The notes beneath the pieces are model-generated. The model ran no database searches. It was given only the letters and a program-made list of their open reading frames with translations, and was not told the DNA's origin. From Candidatus Peribacteria bacterium (lineage in GTDB: Bacteria; Patescibacteriota; Gracilibacteria; Peribacterales; Peribacteraceae), in NCBI GenBank assembly GCA_016866875.1, contig VGKY01000004.1, positions 7,538-71,537 on the forward strand: a stretch of DNA of 64,000 nucleotides, written 5' to 3'. Shown here piece by piece: positions 1 through 10,107 of the stretch (the stretch's first letter is position 1; each line of letters begins with the position of its first letter). The position numbers and the translations under genes were made by a program.

Positions 1-1
1 G

Positions 2-2275
2 CGCAAGAGGCTAGCTCCTGCCCTCGACTTAGAGCCATCGACCCGCCGGCATATCAGCGGCGCTTTGCAGATCGCTGCAGGCATCCTTCTCGTTCTCGTA
101 CTGAAAGGCGAGGCAGGGCTCTTCGGAGCTGCTCTCAGCAAAATCCTGACATTCTTCTTCGGAGCATACGCCGGCATCTTCGCGGGCCTCCTCATTACTT
201 CCGGGCTCCTCCATTGGCTCACCGTCGCAGAGCACTTCTCGGTGAAGCGCTCGGCGGGACTGAGTCTGTGTCTCGTAGCGTTTCTGGGAGTGGCGCACAT
301 GACGGCCCCCATGGAGGAACTTGCCGTACACAGAGATGATTTGGGCGGTGCTATCGGATTCATGGCCAGTTTTCCCTTCGTGCTCTTCGCAACACCTGCG
401 GTCGGATTCACCGTGCTCGGCGCTCTCTTCCTCGTCGGAATCTTCGTCGCATTTGAGCCCAATATTTCCGCTCTCGTGCGGCTCGTGTCCGAGCGTAAGC
501 GCAGCACTCGCAGTGCAAAACTCAGTGCCTCGCCCCGTGCAAAAACATCCCGTGAGGTGGACGAATCCGACGACGACCAGTGGGTAGATGAGGAGGAAGG
601 AAAAGAAGAAACGCCGGAGGATCTCGTAGAAGAGGACCGTGAACCTCCGGAGCTCAACATCGTGCGGCCGAGCTTTGTGCAAAGCGATATGAAGTCCGCA
701 AAAGCTACGCCGAAGCCGCTCAAAGTGAAGAAAGCCGCAAAGGACACGATCGAGATGACCGATAAGCGCTACGAGGAATGGACCTTCCCCGCATTCGACC
801 TGCTCGATGACAAGAGGAGTGAGCTCACCGTCGACGACGAAGAACTCAAAGTTCAGGCACGACGCATCGAGGAGAAACTCCGTGAGTTCAAGATCGACGT
901 GACGATGCGCGATGCGCACCCAGGACCAACGGTGACGCAGTTCACCCTCGAGCCGTCGGAGGGCGTGAAGCTCAGCAGCATCGGCACGCTCAAAGACGAC
1001 CTCGCGCTCGCGCTCGCAGCCGAGAGCCTGCGCATTGAGGCGCCGATTCCGGGAAAGAGCCTGGTCGGCATCGAGATGCCCAACCGGATCCGCACGACCG
1101 TGCATCTGCGGGAGATCCTCGAAAGCCCCGAGTTCACCCAGAGTGCATCCCCTCTCACCCTCCCCCTCGGCCGTGACGTCTCGGGAAAAGCCGTCGTCGC
1201 CGCGCTCGAGGACATGCCTCACCTGCTCATCGCGGGCGCGACAGGATCGGGAAAATCCGTCTGCATGAACACGTTCCTCACGGCCCTTCTCTTTCAGAAT
1301 GCCCCGGATCAGCTGAAGTTCATCCTCGTCGACCCGAAGAGAGTGGAGCTCATGCCCTTCGACGGCATTCCCCACCTGCTTACCCCCGTCATCACGGAGT
1401 CGGAAAAAGCTCTACAGGCCCTGCGCTGGGCTGTTGCTGAAATGGGCAGAAGACTCCACCGCTTCTCCGAAGTGGGGGCAAAGAATCTCGCAGAGTTCAA
1501 CGAGAAGCAGACGGAAGAGGGCGCAACACTCCCCCGCATCATCATCGTCATCGACGAGCTCGCTGACCTCATGATGCGCCAGTACCGCAGGGACACGGAA
1601 ACCATGATTGCCCGCATCGCTCAGATGGCACGCGCAACGGGGATGCACCTCGTCATCGCCACGCAGCGCCCGTCGGTGGATGTCATCACCGGACTCATCA
1701 AGGCCAACATCCCGACCCGCATCGCCTTCCGCGTGGTTTCGGCGGTCGACAGTCGCACGATCATCGACTCCATCGGGGCCGATGACCTCCTGGGGAAGGG
1801 GGACATGCTCTACATGACGGCATCGACGCCGAAGCCCGTGCGCATCCAGGGGATCTTCATCTCCACGAAGGAGACGGATCGGGTCATCAACGCCGTGAAG
1901 ATCGCCGGTGGGGGCAAGGTCACGGAGCACATCGGTCTCGGCGACGAAGAGGACGAAGCGGATGACGCAGGGGAAGAGGGTGCGGATGGGGTGAATCTCT
2001 CGCCAAACGATCCTGCTGCTTTGCTCTCTCAACCCTACGCGCAGATCGATCTCGAAGCCGACGATGACGGCGGCGACAGCATGTTCTTCGACGCGGTCGC
2101 TGTGGTACAGGAAACCGGCAAGGCCAGTGCTTCCCTGCTCCAGCGCCGCCTGAGTGTGGGGTACGCAAGAGCAGCGAAGCTCCTCGACATCATGGAGAAG
2201 AAGGGCCTCATCGGCCCCGTGCGCGGAGCAAAAGCCCGAGAGGTTTTCCTTGACCGCACGGGCACGCCCGCATAG
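2..2275 (+). CDS. ftsK: DNA translocase FtsK/SpoIIIE (5' end lies outside the window)
   Basis: N-terminal TM helices, Walker A GATGSGKS, Walker B IIVIDELADLM, ATQRPSVDVITG, gamma domain SASLLQRRLSVGYARAAKLLD; frame is open back to position 2. Confidence 0.97.
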   Translation, partial: RKRLAPALDLEPSTRRHISGALQIAAGILLVLVLKGEAGLFGAALSKILTFFFGAYAGIFAGLLITSGLLHWLTVAEHFSVKRSAGLSLCLVAFLGVAHMTAPMEELAVHRDDLGGAIGFMASFPFVLFATPAVGFTVLGALFLVGIFVAFEPNISALVRLVSERKRSTRSAKLSASPRAKTSREVDESDDDQWVDEEEGKEETPEDLVEEDREPPELNIVRPSFVQSDMKSAKATPKPLKVKKAAKDTIEMTDKRYEEWTFPAFDLLDDKRSELTVDDEELKVQARRIEEKLREFKIDVTMRDAHPGPTVTQFTLEPSEGVKLSSIGTLKDDLALALAAESLRIEAPIPGKSLVGIEMPNRIRTTVHLREILESPEFTQSASPLTLPLGRDVSGKAVVAALEDMPHLLIAGATGSGKSVCMNTFLTALLFQNAPDQLKFILVDPKRVELMPFDGIPHLLTPVITESEKALQALRWAVAEMGRRLHRFSEVGAKNLAEFNEKQTEEGATLPRIIIVIDELADLMMRQYRRDTETMIARIAQMARATGMHLVIATQRPSVDVITGLIKANIPTRIAFRVVSAVDSRTIIDSIGADDLLGKGDMLYMTASTPKPVRIQGIFISTKETDRVINAVKIAGGGKVTEHIGLGDEEDEADDAGEEGADGVNLSPNDPAALLSQPYAQIDLEADDDGGDSMFFDAVAVVQETGKASASLLQRRLSVGYARAAKLLDIMEKKGLIGPVRGAKAREVFLDRTGTPA

Positions 2276-2277
2276 CC

Positions 2278-2892
2278 ATGACGCTGCTGATCGGCACGAA
2301 AAATAAGGGCAAGATCATCGAGATAGCGGAAGCGCTTGCAGGACTCTCGATCCGATGCATCGGTGCGCACGAGGCGGGAATATCGGAAGATCCCGTCGAA
2401 GAAGGATCCACCTTCGCGGAAAACGCTTTGCAGAAGGCGAGATTCTATCGTGCGCGTGCGATGCTCCCCACGCTCGCCGACGACTCGGGGATCATCGTCG
2501 AGGCACTGAAGTCCGAGCTTGGGATCCACACGAGGCGATGGGGGGCGGGACCGGACGCAAGCGATGAGGAGTGGATTACGTATTTCCTCAGTCGCATGGA
2601 AAGGGAACCCAATCGTCGCGCGCAGTTTGTCTGTGTGCTTGCCTACATCGATGCAGACGGCATAGAACACCTCTTTGAAGGGACGTGCGACGGAGTGATC
2701 ACGGAGTCCCTCGAAGCTGACTATCTCCCGGGGTTACCCATCTCCGCATGCTTCAAACCTGATGGATATGATTGTGTTTACTCAGCGATGAAAGTTGAAC
2801 AAAAAAATTGTACAAGCCACCGGGGTCGTGCAGTCAATCAGCTTGCGGAGTTTCTGCGGCATCGGAAGAAAACGCACGCGGAAGTATCCTAA
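2278..2892 (+). CDS. rdgB: Non-canonical purine NTP pyrophosphatase (RdgB/HAM1)
   Basis: TKNKGK, TFAENALQKA, LADDSG and SHRGRA motifs. Confidence 0.93.
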   Translation: MTLLIGTKNKGKIIEIAEALAGLSIRCIGAHEAGISEDPVEEGSTFAENALQKARFYRARAMLPTLADDSGIIVEALKSELGIHTRRWGAGPDASDEEWITYFLSRMEREPNRRAQFVCVLAYIDADGIEHLFEGTCDGVITESLEADYLPGLPISACFKPDGYDCVYSAMKVEQKNCTSHRGRAVNQLAEFLRHRKKTHAEVS

Positions 2893-3313
2893 GTGCTGCG
2901 TACTCCACTCCCCGGTCACTCATCTGCTGGCGGATCAGGAGGTCTCCAGCCGCAAGATCGGAGAGATGATCTTCGATGTCGTAACCCATATCACAAATTT
3001 CACCCATTACCGCATTGCGTTTACGGACTTTCTCCCAGAGCTCCTCAGCAACTGCCATGCCACATACGCCAGCTGCGATCGCAGGCGACATCCAGTGCTT
3101 GTTACAAACCGCGGTCAAGATGGAGAACATTGCGAAGCTGTTAGCGAAAAACAATACCTGCTGCATACGGATGCGTACCTCCAACGATGCCCGTTTCACA
3201 GCTGATACCTTCTGTCCAAGATCGGCACAGAGCTTCTCGGATTGAGAATCGCCGCTATCTGCCCCGATTGCCGAAAGGATCTGTAGTCGCTTGATCTCCG
3301 GAGATTCATCCAT
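2834..3313 (-). CDS. Hypothetical membrane protein
   Basis: 159-aa ORF with two short hydrophobic segments, filling the gap downstream of the helicase; 3' end overlaps rdgB. Confidence 0.55.
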   Translation of the reverse strand: MDESPEIKRLQILSAIGADSGDSQSEKLCADLGQKVSAVKRASLEVRIRMQQVLFFANSFAMFSILTAVCNKHWMSPAIAAGVCGMAVAEELWEKVRKRNAVMGEICDMGYDIEDHLSDLAAGDLLIRQQMSDRGVEYAALRILPRAFSSDAAETPQAD

Positions 3314-3346
3314 GACTGCGATCCTAAAGAATGCCGGCGGGGAGCG

Positions 3347-6310
3347 CTACGGAGAAAGTGGCGTGAAATCGAGCGCTATGATCTTGGCCCATACATGGGA
3401 AATGAGCTTCCGCAGATCCTCCTTTTCCTGCTCTGTGATGACAAAAGGCCTCTGGATAGGCTCTTCACCCCGCTCACCGATGAATTCGAGGGCAAAGCTC
3501 TGCAAAACGAGCAGTGGTTCGGCCTTTTCCAGGAGCAGTGCGTAGAACACGAGCTGGCGGAAGTAGTCCCCCTCCTCTGTCCAAGACACCCGTCTGGGCT
3601 CGGCGCCCCCACGGATTTCCGCGGGAGTCTTCGGTCGTCCGGTTTTGTAATCGATGACGATGGCGTCTCCGGATGTCGCAGAGAGCGTATCGATCCGATC
3701 GATCTTCCCCTTGAGCGGGATATCACCGCAATGCGCACGCACATCGCGCTCCACGGCATAGACGTATGCCGTGGAGCTCTGAAGCCTCTGACCATAAAAC
3801 GCGGAGAGCGCATCGCGCCCGTGGCTGAGCAAATCCGCCCTCTGCTTCTTGGTGAGCACATTGCGCTCCTCTAAGTGCCAAGCAAATGCCTCGAGAAATG
3901 CCTTCTCCGTCATGGGCATCCCCTGCATCTTCGCCTCACCCCACTTCTTTAGCGCCCAGTGCGCGGCACTGCCGTAGGCGATGGCTCGAAGGGATTGCTC
4001 GGAAAATTCCTCGGGCTGACCGAGCAGATGCACGCGAAGGAATTCCTGGGGATCGCGTAAAAACGCGGAAAGCGAACTCGGTGACAGCGCAAAATCCTCG
4101 AGGCGTTCCCGGAGGTAGGCCTCCAGCGCTGCATCGCCAGAGATGCACGTAGGATGCAGAAGCAGAGCTGCCTGCTCGGGATTCTGTAGAGCTGTGTCTT
4201 CCTCAGACAGAGGCCCTGCCTCCGAGAAGAATGCCGAAGGGGCAACAGCGCGGGCGCGCTCGCCGACGGCGAACTCGCGGGGGCAGATCATGAGAAGCTC
4301 GCGCTTCGCGCGCGTCATCGCGACATACGCAAGACGACGTTCGTCCTGATGCTTCTCGAAACGCTTCTGCTCCGACTCCCACCCAAAGAGCAGGTCCTCC
4401 GGCACAGCCAACGAGGAGGGGCTTTTGCGCTGATCCCAGTGCCCCTCGCGAAACGCACTTAAGATGACCGTGTGAAACTCCAGACCCTTGCTGGCGTGCG
4501 CCGTCATCAACTGCACGCCACTTGTTACAAGGTGCGGAAGCTGATACGTGAGGCGCACTTGGGCAAATGTCTCGTCGGCATAGAGGGAAAGCTCTGCGAG
4601 GAAGGCATGGAGGGAGAGATCGGGATGATCGGTGCAGCGCTGCTTCACGTACCGGAAGAACTGCTCAACAACGGCAAGATCGATGGGATCCATCGCGTGC
4701 GCGCCTTCCGTGATCCCCGAAGTACGCAGGGCAGCCTCTACGGTCTGCAGCACCGTGCGCGAAGCGACTTTCTGGGAGAGATCGAGGAGAACGTCGCGGG
4801 CAACGAGCACGGAAGAGAGATCGGCGAAGCGCGCATCTGCCGAGAGGAGATCCAACATCATCGAGCTTAAGGGGGCCTTTGCATCGCGCGCAGCCCACGA
4901 CAGCCGGGCAAGATCCGCAGGATGGCAGCCGAAGCACGAGCACGCGAGGGCCTGCAGAAGGCGATCTGCACTCGCAGGATCCACGGCATACCGGAGCATC
5001 GTGAGGATCTCTGCGACGGTGGGGTGACTGAGCAGATCCGCCTTACCCGACAAGATCACGGGAATGGCACGGGCATGCAGAACATCGTAGAGCGGACGGA
5101 GCTCATCGTTCTTCTGCACGAGAATCGCAATCTCCTCCGGGGAAATACCTCCGGCAATGCGCTCCTCAACGAGATCCGCGATGAGCCAGGGCTCGGAGGC
5201 GTCCGAAGGTGTGCGCAGGAGCCTCGGCACCATCCCCTGCTCCTGCGTATTGGCCTTGAGATCTTTGGTGAGGCCTTCGATCTTCCCCACCAAGCGCTCT
5301 TCGTTACGGGCGATGAGTCTTCCGGCTGCATCGAGGATCGGCTGCGTGGAACGGTAATTGCTCGTGAGCACAATGACCGGAGCCTTCGGAAAGCGCTCAC
5401 GGAAAGCGAGCATGTGCTCCATATTCGCACCCTGGAAACGGTAGATCGCTTGGTCATCGTCGCCGACGAGGAAGAAGTTCGGCTCATGGGGAAGATGCGC
5501 GTAGGTGGTGAGGCGTTCGATCACCTTCCACTGCGCACCGTTGAGATCCTGCGCTTCATCGACGAGGATATACTGGTAGCACTCCTGCTGCTTTAAAAGA
5601 AGCTCCTGGTCCTCATCGAAAGCACGCAGCACCGTGAGGATCATGTCGTCGTAGTCGTAGGCTCCGAGAGCAGAAAGCTCCTCTTGGTAGCGCCTGAAAA
5701 TGCCGACGAAGTCCTGAAACTTCTCCGCCTGCAAGCGGTTTTTCTTATCCGCCTTGGTTCCGGCCTTGCTCTTAACCGCCATGAGCTCTTCGTACGCCTT
5801 GGCGACATCTTCCAGATCCTGAAGCGATTTCCCTTCGCGCTTGCAGTCGCCGATTCGACCGAGAATGCCGGGAATGCGGTCGTAAGGGTTTTTCGGATTG
5901 ACCAGAACGGAAGACCCACTCACCTCATCGATGATGCGCTGCAGGAGCCTCATGCGGTCCATGTCGGAAAGTGGTGTTCCTGCAGACCATTCCTCAAACA
6001 CTGCGGGGTGGCGCAAGATGAGCTTGTCACAAAATCCGTGGACGGTAGACACCGTGACGCCGTACGCATCCGCTCCGATCATGCGGCGCAGTCGCTCGCG
6101 CATGGCTACCGCTCCCGCCGTAGAAAATGTCAGGCACAGGATATTGCCAGGATTCGCCTGGGTCTTTCGGAGGATGTGCGCCGCGCGCACCGCAAGAACC
6201 TGCGTCTTGCCGGTACCGGGACCCGCGAGCACCATGATCGGCCCCTCGATGGCATCGACCGCTCGACGCTGCTCAGCATTCAGCCCTTCGTACGATGTAC
6301 GGTAATCCAC
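3347..6310 (-). CDS. UvrD/PcrA-family helicase fused to a C-terminal PD-(D/E)XK nuclease
   Basis: LNAEQ, AGPGTGKT, VDEAQD, VGDDDQAIYRFQGA, NYRS, TAHASKGLEF, ERRLAYVAMTRAK; C-terminal GKIDRID..IDYKTG..QLVFY. GTG start at 6310 chosen from the upstream TGCTACCAT/AGGAG. Confidence 0.93.
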   Translation of the reverse strand: MDYRTSYEGLNAEQRRAVDAIEGPIMVLAGPGTGKTQVLAVRAAHILRKTQANPGNILCLTFSTAGAVAMRERLRRMIGADAYGVTVSTVHGFCDKLILRHPAVFEEWSAGTPLSDMDRMRLLQRIIDEVSGSSVLVNPKNPYDRIPGILGRIGDCKREGKSLQDLEDVAKAYEELMAVKSKAGTKADKKNRLQAEKFQDFVGIFRRYQEELSALGAYDYDDMILTVLRAFDEDQELLLKQQECYQYILVDEAQDLNGAQWKVIERLTTYAHLPHEPNFFLVGDDDQAIYRFQGANMEHMLAFRERFPKAPVIVLTSNYRSTQPILDAAGRLIARNEERLVGKIEGLTKDLKANTQEQGMVPRLLRTPSDASEPWLIADLVEERIAGGISPEEIAILVQKNDELRPLYDVLHARAIPVILSGKADLLSHPTVAEILTMLRYAVDPASADRLLQALACSCFGCHPADLARLSWAARDAKAPLSSMMLDLLSADARFADLSSVLVARDVLLDLSQKVASRTVLQTVEAALRTSGITEGAHAMDPIDLAVVEQFFRYVKQRCTDHPDLSLHAFLAELSLYADETFAQVRLTYQLPHLVTSGVQLMTAHASKGLEFHTVILSAFREGHWDQRKSPSSLAVPEDLLFGWESEQKRFEKHQDERRLAYVAMTRAKRELLMICPREFAVGERARAVAPSAFFSEAGPLSEEDTALQNPEQAALLLHPTCISGDAALEAYLRERLEDFALSPSSLSAFLRDPQEFLRVHLLGQPEEFSEQSLRAIAYGSAAHWALKKWGEAKMQGMPMTEKAFLEAFAWHLEERNVLTKKQRADLLSHGRDALSAFYGQRLQSSTAYVYAVERDVRAHCGDIPLKGKIDRIDTLSATSGDAIVIDYKTGRPKTPAEIRGGAEPRRVSWTEEGDYFRQLVFYALLLEKAEPLLVLQSFALEFIGERGEEPIQRPFVITEQEKEDLRKLISHVWAKIIALDFTPLSP

Positions 6311-6443
6311 GACTCCTATGGTAGCAGTGCTTCCCGAAATTTTTATAGAACACAAAAAGTGTTCTTCTCAAGAGGAATTTGCTTGTGGGGCGGAAGAGAC
6401 TGTTATCATTACTGTACTTTAGTTCTACCTCTCCTCTTCCATT

Positions 6444-6686
6444 ATGGATTGCTCAACAGGCACATGCGGCACGGGCTACAGCGGACGCAAAGTCGCCCGC
6501 ATCTTGATCTATATCGGAGCCATCAACTGGGGGCTTATCGGCATCGGCGACTTCGTCGACCGGGAATTAAACATCGTCCAGATGCTTCTCGGCTCTATGC
6601 CGGTCGTCGAGTCGGTGGTCTACGTCCTCGTGGGTCTTGCCGCAGCATTGGAGCTCTGCAAGCCCTGTCCCTGCAACAAGAAGTAA
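6444..6686 (+). CDS. DUF378-family small membrane protein
   Basis: IGAINWGLIG and VYVLVGLAA signature; Cys-rich termini. Confidence 0.88.
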   Translation: MDCSTGTCGTGYSGRKVARILIYIGAINWGLIGIGDFVDRELNIVQMLLGSMPVVESVVYVLVGLAAALELCKPCPCNKK

Positions 6687-6704
6687 CCTTCCTCCGCGTT
6701 TGAC

Positions 6705-6739
6705 GAAAACGGCCTTCCGAAGAGCGGGGGTCGTTTTTC
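6705..6739. terminator. Bidirectional intrinsic terminator
   Basis: GAAAACGGCCTTCCG-AAGAG-CGGGGGTCGTTTTTC hairpin between the convergent DUF378 gene and rpoD. Confidence 0.8.
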
Positions 6740-6749
6740 ATGGTAGAGA

Positions 6750-8231
6750 TCAATACTTCGCCAACTCGTATGCACACCGATCACACTTCCTATAGGGTCG
6801 TCCTTCACGGATGAGATCGACGAGCGTTCCCTTCCTGCACTGGGGACAGAGCGTGCCCTTGAGAAAGGAATCCGCGGCATTAAACCCGACGCGCTTGCCC
6901 GTACCCCCGTGCTCACGGATGGAGAGTGACCGGGGATGGTCGCGCATCTTCTGGAGCACCTTGGCCTCGATCTGGCGAATACGCTCGCGCGTGACGCCGA
7001 ACTCCTTGCCGACCTCCTCGAGCGTGTGCCCGACGCCGTCTCTGAGACCGAAGCGCATCTCGATGATCTTGCGCTCGCGGGGTGTGAGGAATTCAAGCAT
7101 TGCGTGCACGTTTTCCTTTCTGAGCTGCCTGTTGGTTGCTTCAAACGGGTTCACAGCCTCCTCGTCCTCGATGAAGTCCCCGAGCTTGCTGTCTTCCTCA
7201 GAGCCCACCGGTGACTCGAGCGAGATGATGTCCTGGCTGATCTTCTGGATGTGGCGGACTTTCTTGATGTCCATGCCCATTTCCACGGAGAGCTCTTCCA
7301 CGGTTGGCTCGCGACCGAGCTCCTGCACCAACCTGCGCTGCGTGTGCGTAAGCTTGTTGATCGTCTCGACCATGTGCACGGGAATACGGATCGTGCGGGC
7401 CTGATCGGCGATGGCACGGGTGATGGCCTGACGGATCCACCATGTTGCGTACGTGGAGAACTTAAATCCCCTCTCCGGATCGAACTTTTCCACGGCGCGG
7501 AAGAGACCGATGTTTCCTTCCTGGATGAGATCAAGAAACGAGAGTCCACGCCCGATGTACTTCTTGGCAATGGAAACAACCAAGCGGAGATTGGCTTCCG
7601 CAAGCTGCTGCTTGGCTCCGGCATCGCCCTTGCGGATGCGTCGAGCGAGCTCGACTTCCTTACGTCCATCGATGAGTGGCACGCGACCGATCTCCGAGAG
7701 GTACATGCGTACGGAGTCGTTGCTGATCTCGAGGAGATCCACCTCGCGCTCGCGCTTCTTCTTCTGACGATCCTCGGGCGTCTCCTCCTTCTCATCCATG
7801 GCGATACCCGCGGTGGCAACCATCTGGAGCATGTCGTCGTCATCGTCATCGACTTTGCCGGCAACGGACTCTTCGGATTCCGATTCCTCCTCTCCTTCGG
7901 GGGCTTCCTCCTCCGCTTCATCCTCTTCTGTGGAATCTGCCGCAACGATCTCCGTGAGATCCTGCATCGGCTCGTCGGCACGACCTTTCTTCTCCCAGAT
8001 CAGCGCATCTTGGACGTCGATAACCTGGATGCCGAGATCCGTGAGCAACGTGTAGATCTCATCGAGGAGCTCGACGCTCTCTTCGGCGTTCGGCACCACA
8101 GACATGATCTCCTGATGGGTGACGTACCGCTGCTCACGCCCTTTCTTGATGAGATGTTTGACGGCTTCTGGAAAACGCTTGAGGTCGTCATCGGAGGGCT
8201 GTGCAATGAATTTACGCGGATGGGAGGCCAT
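6750..8231 (-). CDS. rpoD: Primary sigma factor RpoD with C-terminal Cys4 extension
   Basis: [84 protein letters not shown]. Confidence 0.98.
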   Translation of the reverse strand: MASHPRKFIAQPSDDDLKRFPEAVKHLIKKGREQRYVTHQEIMSVVPNAEESVELLDEIYTLLTDLGIQVIDVQDALIWEKKGRADEPMQDLTEIVAADSTEEDEAEEEAPEGEEESESEESVAGKVDDDDDDMLQMVATAGIAMDEKEETPEDRQKKKREREVDLLEISNDSVRMYLSEIGRVPLIDGRKEVELARRIRKGDAGAKQQLAEANLRLVVSIAKKYIGRGLSFLDLIQEGNIGLFRAVEKFDPERGFKFSTYATWWIRQAITRAIADQARTIRIPVHMVETINKLTHTQRRLVQELGREPTVEELSVEMGMDIKKVRHIQKISQDIISLESPVGSEEDSKLGDFIEDEEAVNPFEATNRQLRKENVHAMLEFLTPRERKIIEMRFGLRDGVGHTLEEVGKEFGVTRERIRQIEAKVLQKMRDHPRSLSIREHGGTGKRVGFNAADSFLKGTLCPQCRKGTLVDLIREGRPYRKCDRCAYELAKY

Positions 8232-8348
8232 AGCGTGGAAGACGGGATGAATCCCGGTAGCGATAGCCTACAACGCAAAAGCGGGGAACGAAAGTGAAAT
8301 TCAAGGAGATCCGACCGATTGTCGGGGATACACCGGTAGCCACCCCCC

Positions 8349-10073
8349 TCAGCCTGCCATCTTGCTCAGCTTCAAGACCTGCTGGAACTGCGTCTCGAGC
8401 TGGGCCGCTTCAGCGCTGCGCCCTTGCAATTGCGCTTCGCGAAGCTTCTCGGTGATCTCGCGCTGCTTACGCGCGATCATGGCGCGGTTTGCACGCTGGC
8501 AGTTGCGCCTGATTTCGCGCAAAGCAAGCGACTCGCCCCAATCCTGGAAGCCGTGCTGTTCGCAGAAAAGCAGAAGCACAGCAAGTCGCTCTTCATACTG
8601 CGTCTCGACGGTGACCTTCCCCTCTCCAGCCTGCCGAAGCGCTAAGAAGAGCGCGGCCGCAAAGGGCTCATCGGGCTCGATGAGCTCCGAGAGGATGCCT
8701 CGAGCAGCAGGATAGAGTGCAAAGAGTCCAAGGGTGACCTCCACGGGAGAGAAGAGCGACGTGCTCATGGGTGACTCCACCGGAGAGGAAATCGGCTGCC
8801 TCCGAAGAGTCGGATTGGCTTCTGCCATCTGCAGTCTCCGCGTGAAGCTGTCTCCGAAGATCTTGCTGAACTTTTCGCGGTACGCATCGCGCTCCACCCC
8901 CTCAGGGAGAGCGACGAGGAGTTGCAGTGCACGATCCTCAGCTCTGCGGCGAGACTCCGGGGTCGTGAGCGGATCACGCTGGAGGTCCCTGTACACCATA
9001 TCAAGGTAGGGAACGGCATCCTCACGGAGCATCCGGAGGAGCGCATCGGGGGCATCGCGCGCCACTTCATCCGGATCCTTTGCAGGAAGGCGGACGACGT
9101 AGACCGCCAACCCTTCCTTTGCACACAAACCAAACGCGCGCTCCGCGGCATCCTGCCCTGCGCGGTCCGCATCAAGGCAGAGTACGACAGAGTCGGCGAC
9201 CCGCTTGAGCAGTCGGGCATGCTCCTCGGTGAGTGCCGTCCCGCTCACGGCAACAGCGTTTGTTGCGCCAGCCCTGTGACATGCGACGACGTCGAAGTAC
9301 CCCTCAACCATAATGACTCTGCGTTCGCTGCGGATACCCTCTCGGGCGAGGTGCAAACCAAAGAGCACCGAGGCCTTACGGTAGAGCGGCCCCTCGGAGG
9401 AATTGATGTACTTGGCGTCATCATCCCCGATGGTGCGTCCTCCAAAAGCAATGATGCGGCCTTGGGCATCGCTGATCGGAAACGTGATACGGTTGCGGAA
9501 GCGATCGTAGATCCTCTCCTCCGAGAGATCTTTCTGAATCCCGAGCCCCGCACTCACGATCTCCTTGCGGCTGTATCCCTCCTTGAGCAGATGCTGATAG
9601 AGCGCACTGAACGAATCCGGCGCGTACCCGATGCCGAAGCGCTCGAGGAGATCTGGAGGAACTGCGCGCTTGGCCAGGTACTCCTGTGCGGGGGGAGAGG
9701 AGCGCAGTGAGGAGAGGAAGAACTTCTGCGCCGCATCCATGCAGCTACGCAGGCGCTCCTTCTCGTCTTTCTCGATGACGGGTGCGTTGCCGCGCTCGGG
9801 AAGTGCGACGCCCGTCCTCTCGGCAAGATCGCGGATGGCCAGGGGAAAGTCGACATTTTCGATCTTCTGGTAAAAGGAGAAGATATCGCCGCCGGAGTTG
9901 CAGGCGAAGCAGTAGGCAATGCCTTTGTCGGGGGAGACGAGGAAGCTCGGGTGCTTGTCGTTGTGAAACGGACAGAGCCCGATGAAGCTCCTGCCCTTGG
10001 GCTTCAGCTGAACGTATTGCGCCACGAGCTGCTCGATCGGGAGACGTGCCTTGATGTCTGCAACAGGATCCAT
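8349..10073 (-). CDS. dnaG: DNA primase
   Basis: CPFHNDKHPS..CFAC zinc finger, FGGR, KYINS, EGYFDV, DADRAG, KDPDE; directly upstream of rpoD. Confidence 0.97.
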   Translation of the reverse strand: MDPVADIKARLPIEQLVAQYVQLKPKGRSFIGLCPFHNDKHPSFLVSPDKGIAYCFACNSGGDIFSFYQKIENVDFPLAIRDLAERTGVALPERGNAPVIEKDEKERLRSCMDAAQKFFLSSLRSSPPAQEYLAKRAVPPDLLERFGIGYAPDSFSALYQHLLKEGYSRKEIVSAGLGIQKDLSEERIYDRFRNRITFPISDAQGRIIAFGGRTIGDDDAKYINSSEGPLYRKASVLFGLHLAREGIRSERRVIMVEGYFDVVACHRAGATNAVAVSGTALTEEHARLLKRVADSVVLCLDADRAGQDAAERAFGLCAKEGLAVYVVRLPAKDPDEVARDAPDALLRMLREDAVPYLDMVYRDLQRDPLTTPESRRRAEDRALQLLVALPEGVERDAYREKFSKIFGDSFTRRLQMAEANPTLRRQPISSPVESPMSTSLFSPVEVTLGLFALYPAARGILSELIEPDEPFAAALFLALRQAGEGKVTVETQYEERLAVLLLFCEQHGFQDWGESLALREIRRNCQRANRAMIARKQREITEKLREAQLQGRSAEAAQLETQFQQVLKLSKMAG

Positions 10074-10107
10074 GGAGGATGAGTATAGAGGCAGATCCAT
10101 CCTGGTT

